From IMG/VR virus record IMGVR_UViG_2684623171_000008: 35,933 nt of DNA. One strand, 5' to 3'. This stretch comes from a virus (Duplodnaviria; Heunggongvirae; Uroviricota; Caudoviricetes). Made by a program: the position numbers and the translations under genes. Under the pieces are notes generated by a model. That model searched no databases and had not been told where the DNA came from. It saw nothing but the letters and a program-made list of their open reading frames with translations. Shown here piece by piece: positions 17,663-25,912 of the stretch; within the stretch, counting starts at the first letter, position 1, and the number at the start of each line of letters is the position of its first letter.

Positions 17663-18463
17663 TTAACCGCGCTTCGCCTTCTGCGTCGCGGTGGTTTTTC
17701 GTGTTGCAGGCTTCCGCGTTGTCTTTTTACTTTTGCTGCTTTCGTCCTGCGCCTGCGGTGTGCTGGCATCTTCTGGTGCGGCTGCGGAATCGGCTTTTTT
17801 CAGGGCGCGGGAAAGGGTTGCAATCTCGCGTTTCACACCTGCGTTCGGGTTCAGGTGCATCGCTTCGCGCAGCAGCTTCAGTGATGAGGCCATGCTGTCC
17901 GCATCGGTCAGGCCACGGCGGGCAAAGGCGCACGCTTTGCATAATTTGGCGCGCACTTCGTCCGGCATGTCCTGGTCGGTGACAATCTCCCGGAGGGTGT
18001 CCAGTGGTTCGATAAAGGCGGACAAATCCGCGTCGGCATCCGTCCCGGCCTGCGTCAGTACCGGATTACAGATTTCTTCGGTCAGTACCGTGGCAGCAGT
18101 ACGTCCAAAGTTATCCGGCATGATGAGGTTGTGACGGACCACATATGCACCAATACGCAGCGCCAGCGGAAGATCGCCGCAGTCAATCGCCCACACCATC
18201 AGCGTGGCAATCACTTCATCCTGCTGCCCGCCGTCAGCCTCCAGCGTTCCCTCAATCCAGCCGGAAAAGTCCGGCAATAACTCTTTTTTGATGGCGGCTT
18301 TCGCGCTTCTGGCCTGTACGCCCTTAAGCCGGGCCTGTGCCAGACGCAGACGATACAGCACCTCTTCATGCGCGGTACGCGCGGCGTGGTCCACGCCTTC
18401 ATTCGCCCGGCCTGCGCGCTGTGCCATCACGTTCTGCCAGTGTTGCTGTGCAGGAGTAATCAT
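17663..18463 (-). CDS. M: Terminase endonuclease (small) subunit M
   Basis: 266 aa with a basic C-terminal tail; follows N. Confidence 0.8.
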   Translation of the reverse strand: MITPAQQHWQNVMAQRAGRANEGVDHAARTAHEEVLYRLRLAQARLKGVQARSAKAAIKKELLPDFSGWIEGTLEADGGQQDEVIATLMVWAIDCGDLPLALRIGAYVVRHNLIMPDNFGRTAATVLTEEICNPVLTQAGTDADADLSAFIEPLDTLREIVTDQDMPDEVRAKLCKACAFARRGLTDADSMASSLKLLREAMHLNPNAGVKREIATLSRALKKADSAAAPEDASTPQAQDESSKSKKTTRKPATRKTTATQKAKRG

Positions 18464-18508
18464 TTTTTCTCTCCGTTACAGGCGGGCATGATGCCCGCCG
18501 TGAGGTGA

Positions 18509-19561
18509 TTAGCTGTCGGCGAACTTCAGGCCAGTGACCATCGCGCACTTGCCATAGTCTTCAACGACATAAGCGTCATTGATGGACTGGTAGGTGGCGA
18601 TGCGGTTGTATTCCGGCTCGTCTTTCATCAGGCGACGCATTGTTCCTTTCTGCCAGTAAATTGACAGGTTGTTGAACGAGGTGATCAGCATCGTTGCATC
18701 CGGGAAGAACGGCGCAAGGAATACATCCAGCCCGCCAATGGCGCGCGATGACAGGATGAGCTGTCCGGCAAGTAATTCCGCATTGGGATTCTGGCCGCTG
18801 ATGCTGTTCAGCACGGGTAGACGCAGCGAGTTAAACAGGTTGCGCCCCATAATCACCACGAGGTCGTCAGCTTCCTTGTGCCATTCATCCAGCAGGGATG
18901 AGCGCGCGTCCTGTACCAGAGCATCAGCGTTCGCATATTTACCCGCGTGCGCCACGGTGTTGTCCATGTTGCGGGAGGTCAGCGTTACATCATTCATAAC
19001 GCGCTCGCTGGCGTCGGTTCTGATGTGCTCCAGCCATCCCACGTTAACGTCCTGAAGCAGCTTGTTAGTGCTGAAGTTGGACTCATCCGCGTGAGACGTG
19101 CCGTTGAAACCGATCATGATGCGGTCAAGCGCCACCTGCCGGGCAATCTGTGTGCTGACGCGGGACTGAAAATCAGGGTGTGCCGCCCAGGCATCAAGCT
19201 GCGGATACGAAATAAACGTGTCGTAGTTCACCTGTTCGCACTGGTATTTGCGGTTTTTCAGATCAACCACGTTATTCGGGTTACGGCGTTTTGTGCCGTC
19301 ATAACTGGTATTCGTGCGCGCAATCGGCCCGGTGGTGTCCAGGAGGATTTTTTCGCCTTTCTGGTCAGTCACACCGAACACGTTAATTTTTTTTGTAAAT
19401 TCAGTGCTCTCCTTTACTGCGTTTTCAAAACGCTGCTGCACCGAGGGTTCCACGGTAAATCGCGATACCAGTGCAGATACCGGGATATTGTTAAGCGACG
19501 CCTGCTGCGCCATATAGCAACCCAGCTTGTTGCGGGTAATATCTGACATCACCAGATTCAT
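18509..19561 (-). CDS. N: Major capsid protein N
   Basis: 350 aa; P2 gpN-like stretches (FTVEPSV, YECEQ.N, MLQDV.VGWL, LSIYW). Confidence 0.9.
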   Translation of the reverse strand: MNLVMSDITRNKLGCYMAQQASLNNIPVSALVSRFTVEPSVQQRFENAVKESTEFTKKINVFGVTDQKGEKILLDTTGPIARTNTSYDGTKRRNPNNVVDLKNRKYQCEQVNYDTFISYPQLDAWAAHPDFQSRVSTQIARQVALDRIMIGFNGTSHADESNFSTNKLLQDVNVGWLEHIRTDASERVMNDVTLTSRNMDNTVAHAGKYANADALVQDARSSLLDEWHKEADDLVVIMGRNLFNSLRLPVLNSISGQNPNAELLAGQLILSSRAIGGLDVFLAPFFPDATMLITSFNNLSIYWQKGTMRRLMKDEPEYNRIATYQSINDAYVVEDYGKCAMVTGLKFADS

Positions 19562-19583
19562 AAAAATTTGCTCCTTTGTCTTA

Positions 19584-20420
19584 TCAGAAGTCAGCCAGCT
19601 GGTCGGAGGCTGCGCCCGTTGCGGTGAAGCGGTTCTGCGGATCGCCGTCCTGCGTGCGCAGTTTTTCCTTCAGTGCTGTCAGCTCTGTGGTCAGTGACGT
19701 GATTTTCTGGCGGTCCTGCTGATGGCGGGTTTCCAGCACATTAAAACGGTCGATAATGTCGGCCTGTGACGTTGCGACGCCTTCCACCGCTTCCTGAATA
19801 CGGGAGAAACTGGCGTCATCCGCTTTGCGGCCACGACCAATAATCCCCATTACGCGGTTAAACCACTGGGTGCCTTCTTCCTGGCGTTGTTCTGCCATTT
19901 CGATGATTTCAGACTCGATGGCTTCGGAAATGAGCGGTGCTTCACCCTGGACACTGTTGAACGTCATCACCGCCTGACGTTGCTGTGCCGTGAATTTCAG
20001 GCGCTCAGTGCCCAGGCTTGCCGGGGTGTCGGTCATCGCCAGCCCGACCAGATAGGCGCGCCCGTTAACGGAGAACTGCGGGTGCAGTTCGATACTGGAA
20101 TAGATTTTCTTGCCGTCCGCGACAAGCTGCTTCATGCGCTCGGTCGGTTCGATTTCTGCATACAGCGCAGTACGTCCGGCCAGCGGACCTTCCGTAATGT
20201 CTTCCGTACTCAGTGCGGTGACATCGCCCATTGCGGAAAATTCGCTTGACGGGCATGGCGAGAGATAGTGCTCAACGTTCACGCGGGCAGCGTAAACATC
20301 CGGGTTGAAGTTCTCGGCGGCTTCACGCAGATGCACCGGACTGATTTCACGGCCATCAACAGTTGATCCGGAGACAGCCACGCGAAACTTTTTGCGGGAT
20401 GTCTTTTTTTCATTAGCCAT
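19584..20420 (-). CDS. O: Capsid scaffold protein O
   Basis: Start set at ATG 20420 (MANEKK.., GAGGGG RBS); diverges from P as in P2. Confidence 0.85.
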   Translation of the reverse strand: MANEKKTSRKKFRVAVSGSTVDGREISPVHLREAAENFNPDVYAARVNVEHYLSPCPSSEFSAMGDVTALSTEDITEGPLAGRTALYAEIEPTERMKQLVADGKKIYSSIELHPQFSVNGRAYLVGLAMTDTPASLGTERLKFTAQQRQAVMTFNSVQGEAPLISEAIESEIIEMAEQRQEEGTQWFNRVMGIIGRGRKADDASFSRIQEAVEGVATSQADIIDRFNVLETRHQQDRQKITSLTTELTALKEKLRTQDGDPQNRFTATGAASDQLADF

Positions 20421-20574
20421 AGTTTTTGCCCCTCTGACTGGTTCTTCAGTCATGATGGCAAAGCGTAACAGGCTGATACAAAGGGCTTTTGTTGTAAGAA
20501 AACGGCCAGAACAGGGGGTTAAGGAGAACGGTTTCGCGCGCGGGTAATCTTCCTGTAATTACTCAGGGGGAGCA

Positions 20575-22326
20575 ATGATTCAGGACGCTTTTGTGCGCCA
20601 GCGTGCGCGGCAACTTTACTGGCAGGGTTATCCGCCCGCAGAAATATCACGTCTGATGGGAATAAACCCGAACACGATTTATGCGTGGAAAAAACGCGAC
20701 CAGTGGGATGAAACGCCACCCGTGCAGCGTGTCACGCAGTCCATCGATGCGCGCCTCATCCAGCTTACTGAAAAACAGAATAAAACAGGTGGTGACTTTA
20801 AGGAAATAGACCTGCTGACCCGGCAGCTTAAAAAACTGCATGATGGCCAGCCGGATGCGACGGCCACAGGAAAGAAAGGCCGGGCGAAAAAACTTAAAAA
20901 TCATTTCACGCCGGAGCAGATTGCCGCACTGCGGGAAAAAATCATCAGCAGGCTGGAGTGGCATCAGCGGGGCTGGTTTGACTCCCTGACCCTTTGCAGT
21001 GAAGCCGGGATACGTAACAGGATGATCCTGAAATCCCGACAGATTGGGGCGACCTGGTATTTTGCACAGGAAGCACTGCTGATGGCGCTGCGTGACGATG
21101 TGGCACAACCTTACCAGCGTAACCAGATTTTTTTGTCTGCGTCGCGTCGTCAGGCGTTCCAGTTTAAAAGCATTATTCAGAAGGCCGCGGCTGAAGTTGA
21201 TGTGGAGCTGAAAGGGGGCGATAAAATCATCCTCTCCAACGGCGCAGAACTGCATTTTCTCGGTACTTCTGCTGCGACGGCACAGTCCTACACAGGCAAT
21301 TTTTATTTTGATGAATTTTTCTGGGTCAGTCGCTTTGCTGAACTGCGCAAGGTGGCTGGCGCTATGGCAACCCTCAGCGGGCTGCGACGCACCTACTTCT
21401 CCACGCCATCCACCGAAACGCACGAGGCATACGTCTATTGGAACGGCGACCGCTGGAACGAGAAAAAGGCCGCGCATAAACGCCAGCGTTTTTCTGTGGA
21501 CTGGAAAACGCTGCATAACGGGCTTATCTGCCCCGACCGGACGTGGCGGCAAATTGTCACGCTGGAAGATGTGGTTAATCACGGCTGGAAACACACCGAT
21601 ATTGATGAAATTCGTGATGAAAACACCGAAGACGAGTTCCGCAATCTCTATATGTGTGAGTTTGTCCGCGAAGGGGAATCGGCATTTAACCTGAATATCC
21701 TGATTGGCTGCGGTGTTGATGGATACGACGACTGGAAAGACTGGAAACCTTTTGCTCCCCGCCCGATGGGGAATCGTCCGGTATGGATTGGGTATGACGC
21801 AAACGGCAGCAGTGGAAACGGCGACAGCGGCGCTGTGTCCGTGGTGGTTCCTCCGGCTGTTCCTGGTGGCCGTTTTCGAACGGTGGAAACGCGACGCGTT
21901 CAGGGGCTGGAGTTTGAAGAACAGGCCAGAGTCATTGAAGAGTTCACGTGTCGCTACAACGTGGAACACATCGGCATTGATGCGACTGGCGGGCACGGGG
22001 ATGCCGTTTATCAGATAGTGAAACGGTTTTTCCCTGCTGCTATTCCGTACACCTTCACGCTGTCATCAAAACGGTCGCTGGTACTGAAAATGCTGCAAAT
22101 AATGCGTGCCGGGCGGTGGGAATACGATCGCGCCGAACGCGAGCTGGTCGCGGCCTTTAACGCCGTGCGTAAGGTGAAAACACCGGGCGGCTTTATCACT
22201 TACGAAACGGACCGAGCGAGGGGGATCAGCCACGGCGACCTTGCGTGGGCAACCATGCTTGCTGTCATTAATGAACCGATTGGCGGCGAAGGAGAAAACG
22301 AGCGTTTCACGGTTATGGAGTTCTGA
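20575..22326 (+). CDS. P: Terminase ATPase (large) subunit P
   Basis: 583 aa; P2 gpP-like with ATPase and nuclease regions. Confidence 0.9.
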   Translation: MIQDAFVRQRARQLYWQGYPPAEISRLMGINPNTIYAWKKRDQWDETPPVQRVTQSIDARLIQLTEKQNKTGGDFKEIDLLTRQLKKLHDGQPDATATGKKGRAKKLKNHFTPEQIAALREKIISRLEWHQRGWFDSLTLCSEAGIRNRMILKSRQIGATWYFAQEALLMALRDDVAQPYQRNQIFLSASRRQAFQFKSIIQKAAAEVDVELKGGDKIILSNGAELHFLGTSAATAQSYTGNFYFDEFFWVSRFAELRKVAGAMATLSGLRRTYFSTPSTETHEAYVYWNGDRWNEKKAAHKRQRFSVDWKTLHNGLICPDRTWRQIVTLEDVVNHGWKHTDIDEIRDENTEDEFRNLYMCEFVREGESAFNLNILIGCGVDGYDDWKDWKPFAPRPMGNRPVWIGYDANGSSGNGDSGAVSVVVPPAVPGGRFRTVETRRVQGLEFEEQARVIEEFTCRYNVEHIGIDATGGHGDAVYQIVKRFFPAAIPYTFTLSSKRSLVLKMLQIMRAGRWEYDRAERELVAAFNAVRKVKTPGGFITYETDRARGISHGDLAWATMLAVINEPIGGEGENERFTVMEF

Positions 22327-23372
22327 TGAGCAGAAAAAATAAAAAAGTGCGCATGAGTTCACGCATTGATCTCGCTGATGCGCTCAGGAAAGAATCATCG
22401 CTCAGTGCATTCACATTTGATGGTCCTTATCGCCTGACCGGGCATGACCTGCTGGACAATATGTACTGTGCTGATAACGGGCGGTGGTATGAAACCCCAG
22501 TGGACTGGTACGGTCTGGCAAGAGCTGCCCGGCAAACGTCCTGGCATCAGTCTGCGCTTTACTTTAAGCGCAATGTATTGCTCGGCTGCTATATTCCGCA
22601 CCCGCTGCTTTCCCGGCAGGATTTCTCGGCGCTGGCGCTGGACTGGTTTGTGTTCGGTAACGCATTCCTTGAGCTTCGGAGCAATATGCTCGGCGAACCG
22701 CTTAAATTACGGCACGCCCTGGCGAAATACATGCGACGCGGAAGCGATCTTGAATCATGGTGGTATGTGCAGGATGGCAAGGATGCGTTTCAGTTTCGTC
22801 CTGGCAAAGTGTGCCACCTGATGAATCCGGATATTAACCAGGAAATCTACGGCATGCCGGAATATCTTGGCGCATTACTCTCGGCCAGCCTTTCTCATTC
22901 GGCGGACATGTTCAGAAAACTGTACTACGACAACGGATCCCACGCCGGGTGCATCATCTACATCGGTGCAGCGCAGGTAAACCGCGAAAGCATGGACTCC
23001 CTGAAAGAAACGCTACAGGGGGCACGTGGTGGTGGTGCGTTTAAAAACGTGCTCATTCATGCGCCCAACGGGGGCAAAGAGGGGGTGCAAATTTTGCCGT
23101 TCCAGCAGATCACCGCAAAGGATGAGTTCATGAATGTTAAGGCGGCATCCCGTGATGATGTGCTGGCTGCGCACCGCGTTCCGCCGCAACTGATGGGGGC
23201 GATGCCGGGCGAAAAAAGTGCGTTTGGTGATGTGGAGAAGGCCGCGCGGGTTTACGCAATTAACGAGCTGATGCCCGTCATGGAGGCCATGAAGCACATC
23301 AATGACTGGCTTGGCGAAGAGGTGATCCGCTTTAACCCTTACGCACTGTTAGATACCCAGCCCACATCCTGA
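22326..23372 (+). CDS. Q: Portal (capsid vertex) protein Q
   Basis: 348 aa; ATGA overlap with the P stop; last gene before the presumed cos region. Confidence 0.9.
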   Translation: MSRKNKKVRMSSRIDLADALRKESSLSAFTFDGPYRLTGHDLLDNMYCADNGRWYETPVDWYGLARAARQTSWHQSALYFKRNVLLGCYIPHPLLSRQDFSALALDWFVFGNAFLELRSNMLGEPLKLRHALAKYMRRGSDLESWWYVQDGKDAFQFRPGKVCHLMNPDINQEIYGMPEYLGALLSASLSHSADMFRKLYYDNGSHAGCIIYIGAAQVNRESMDSLKETLQGARGGGAFKNVLIHAPNGGKEGVQILPFQQITAKDEFMNVKAASRDDVLAAHRVPPQLMGAMPGEKSAFGDVEKAARVYAINELMPVMEAMKHINDWLGEEVIRFNPYALLDTQPTS

Positions 23373-23825
23373 CGCGCTTCGCTTGTCTGCTGCTTCGCCG
23401 GGGCATAAAAAATTTATGCCCCGACTCTCCAGCTCCTGTATCAGTCAGATAATTTCACGACGCTTTCCTGCTTATTGCCATCATCGACGGTCAGATTCTT
23501 ACGCAATCCCACTGCGCTGACTGCATGTTCTCGCCGCCTCAGTGCGATTTTGACGGCCTTACCTTTCACCCCATCAAACCAGAATCCCTCACGTATTTTT
23601 CACGCTCAGCGTGAGAAATACGGCCATTCTGTCGTGTCGCTGCGACATCGTTAAGGGAACGCTATTTACCCCCCTGAAACGCGGGCTGTTCCCCCGTCAC
23701 TTGCGCGCAGAAAAAACGCGTTTTTTTGTGCACGTACGGATCCTTGACGGATCCAGCCACCACGCGGGCCGGAAGTACAAAAAGTCGTTCAAAAAAATTG
23801 TGCAAACTTGTGCACTATCGTGCAA

Positions 23826-23851
23826 ACAAAAAAAGCGCCTTATCGGCGCTT
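23826..23851 (-). terminator. Rho-independent terminator for the leftward ORF at 23860-24129
   Basis: Hairpin AAGCGCC-TTATC-GGCGCTT followed on the minus strand by a U-run. Confidence 0.5.
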
Positions 23852-23859
23852 CAAAAGTA

Positions 23860-24129
23860 TCAATTGTTGCTGTTTATTAATCGCCAACCACGAACATATG
23901 CTTCATAGGCATCTCTGTGCCTTACAGTTCCAGCCTGGCTAAACGGAATGTTAGCTAAAACTAAATCATTCTGAGCCATAGCGCGTCCTTCAAGCGCATC
24001 TTTTATGCCTAGCTCAAAAGCACAGGCAGCGCATTTGTGCCGACCTTCTTGTCCTTGATATTCAGGGAGAGACAGAAATGTTGGATTATAACGATGAGGG
24101 TTCTTGCAAATACCTGTTTTAGCCCGCAC
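23860..24129 (-). CDS. Hypothetical Cys-containing protein (89 aa) in the old/tin cargo position
   Basis: GTG start; preceded by a long structured leader and followed by a terminator; no recognisable family. Confidence 0.35.
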   Translation of the reverse strand: MRAKTGICKNPHRYNPTFLSLPEYQGQEGRHKCAACAFELGIKDALEGRAMAQNDLVLANIPFSQAGTVRHRDAYEAYVRGWRLINSNN

Positions 24130-24258
24130 TTTATTTACCTCATAGGAAAAATATGCGTGCCTTTACAGAGGTGCGTGTAAGCAATAAAATATACGACGCA
24201 CATTTTGATTTACTTCGGAAGGCACGCATATCAGGTTAAGTGAGTCCGACCGAGTTTT

Positions 24259-24293
24259 ACGCCCCAATAGTTGCTGCTATTGGGGCGTTTTGC
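24259..24293 (+). terminator. Strong hairpin with T-run (plus-strand terminator-like) inside the leader region
   Basis: ACGCCCCAATAG-TTGCTG-CTATTGGGGCGT followed by TTTTG. Confidence 0.45.
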
Positions 24294-24337
24294 ATGGACA
24301 ATGCCGCGCAATTATCTTGTCGCTCACAATGCGAACG

Positions 24338-24365
24338 ATCTTACAAAAAGGCACATTACTGTCAA
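24338..24365 (-). promoter_or_regulatory. Near-consensus sigma70 promoter (TTGACA-N16-TAAGAT, minus strand) overlapping a 13-bp inverted repeat
   Basis: Hexamers read directly; the -35 lies within arm GTCAAGATAATTG, whose partner CAATTATCTTGTC is at 24310-24322. Confidence 0.4.
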
Positions 24366-24493
24366 GATAATTGATCGTTTTAATCGATAGATAATAGACA
24401 ATCTATTTGTTTAACAGATCGATTATTGAAGTAAGTGTGCCAAATGGAATGATACTGTCTCTATAAACGTGAGCATTTTTCGCGCAGATGCTT

Positions 24494-24805
24494 TTACTCA
24501 GGAAATAACGCCCGGATATTCCCAGCCATCTGGCTGGTTATCTTAGCCACTGGTGCAGACTGTGCTTCAAACTTTTTTGAGCTGATTTGTGTCACAGGTA
24601 ACATCTCATCATCAGCCCATGCGGCCAGTCGGTAAGCCTCTGCCGGATTCGTCTTCAGAAGTGCCAGCCCGGCCAGAAAAGCCACGCGTTGGCCGCTTTT
24701 GCGGGCTTCTGGTGTAAGGCTGTCCAGCCAGGCGCATGCTTCTCCTTCGTTCTTGACGGCGGCGGGCTTCAGATAGAAACTTATCCGTCTGGTTGGTGTC
24801 GTCAT
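24494..24805 (-). CDS. ParR/StbB-like partition adaptor protein
   Basis: 103 aa from ATG 24805 (AAGGAG RBS); ISFYLKP...LDSLTPEARKSGQRVAFLAGLAL...LFPE resembles plasmid R1 ParR; directly follows the parM-like gene. Confidence 0.65.
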   Translation of the reverse strand: MTTPTRRISFYLKPAAVKNEGEACAWLDSLTPEARKSGQRVAFLAGLALLKTNPAEAYRLAAWADDEMLPVTQISSKKFEAQSAPVAKITSQMAGNIRALFPE

Positions 24806-24809
24806 TGGT

Positions 24810-25769
24810 TTACTCCTTGTCCATTGCGTACAGCCCATTAACCAGAGCAAACTGTGGCACCCCGTCCGCGATGAAAGTCGCATTAACTCCGCAGGCTTCG
24901 CGGATAGCGGGTGCCACAATCTCCGCCCCGCCACCGACAACCATCACCCGCCCGTAACCCGAAAAAACCGCCAGCGCGCGGATCACGCGTTGTTTCAGTG
25001 TTTCTTCCTTTTCACGAATAACCGCCATCAGGCTGGCGTAATGCGCGTCATTGTGGATGTGCTGGCGCAGCCAGGCTTCATTATGGCGATGTTCGATAAT
25101 GGTATTGGCGATGTGGTGACTGGTGCGCATACCGTTAGTGGCCATCACCGACAGTACGGCATCGGCCATAAGAGAAACGCCTACGTGTGGATCGCAAAAC
25201 ACCTGGCTGATACCTGCCAGTTGCCCCTGAACCTTTGCCACATCCAGCGTGGTTCCGCCCAAATCCACAATCAGCAGGGATTCAAACGGACTCATGTCAG
25301 CCAGTGCTTTAAAGCCAGCCGGAATGGATTCAGGCATAACCCGTACGTTACGGATAGTGAATGCTTCGCCGTTCTGGTACTCCACCGGGCGCATGACGTT
25401 CGCTTTTTTGCGGTTGATGTTGGCCATGTCCGGCTGTGCGTTTGTGTCGAAATATTCGCTCAGTGGCAGGGTAACAACCACATCCACTTCCTGTGGCGTG
25501 ATGTCTGATTTGACCAGCGCGTGATGAATGGCAATGACATTCACATCGCTGTACTGGTATTGCGTGTCGGTCGTCTGGACAAAGCGATCGCTGACCGGAT
25601 CAAAACCATAGCGCACGCCATCAAGCATGTAGTTAGCAGGCTGCGAGCCACCGAACGGCGCAGACCATTCCGACTTGAAGCTGTTCGGGCTGATGGCGTT
25701 GCGGCGTTCGCCGTTCTCAGTCCATGCCAGCTTGATGTTGGTGGAGCCGTCGTCGATGTAAATTTTCAT
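24810..25769 (-). CDS. ParM/StbA-like actin-type segregation ATPase
   Basis: 319 aa; MKIYIDDGSTNIKL, LIVDLGGTTLD and VMVVGGGAEI are actin-fold phosphate and adenosine motifs; extensive resemblance to R1 ParM as recalled from memory. Confidence 0.85.
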   Translation of the reverse strand: MKIYIDDGSTNIKLAWTENGERRNAISPNSFKSEWSAPFGGSQPANYMLDGVRYGFDPVSDRFVQTTDTQYQYSDVNVIAIHHALVKSDITPQEVDVVVTLPLSEYFDTNAQPDMANINRKKANVMRPVEYQNGEAFTIRNVRVMPESIPAGFKALADMSPFESLLIVDLGGTTLDVAKVQGQLAGISQVFCDPHVGVSLMADAVLSVMATNGMRTSHHIANTIIEHRHNEAWLRQHIHNDAHYASLMAVIREKEETLKQRVIRALAVFSGYGRVMVVGGGAEIVAPAIREACGVNATFIADGVPQFALVNGLYAMDKE

Positions 25770-25798
25770 GTCGGTTTTCCTTATGTTGATTAATTAAT

Positions 25799-25912
25799 CG
25801 TTTACGGGATTCTGAAATCCCGTTTTTGCCTGTTTTGTGCGCGCCTCATATATCGCTGCGCGTTTTTTGCTCATTTACGGGATTCGTGAGTCCCGTTTCT
25901 GTCTGTTTTTTG
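25799..25912. repeat. Two ~41-bp direct repeats, each with an 8-bp-stem hairpin, upstream of parM (candidate parC-like centromere/operator)
   Basis: Repeat 1 at 25799-25839 and repeat 2 at 25872-25912 (TTTACGGGATTC..TCCCGTTT..CTGTTTT), 73 bp apart; repeat 2 lies in the last codons of gene A. Confidence 0.45.

Noticed and set aside
20647-21996. 449-aa minus-strand ORF antisense to terminase P
   Set aside because: Fully embedded antisense in a well-supported gene; composition is artefactual.
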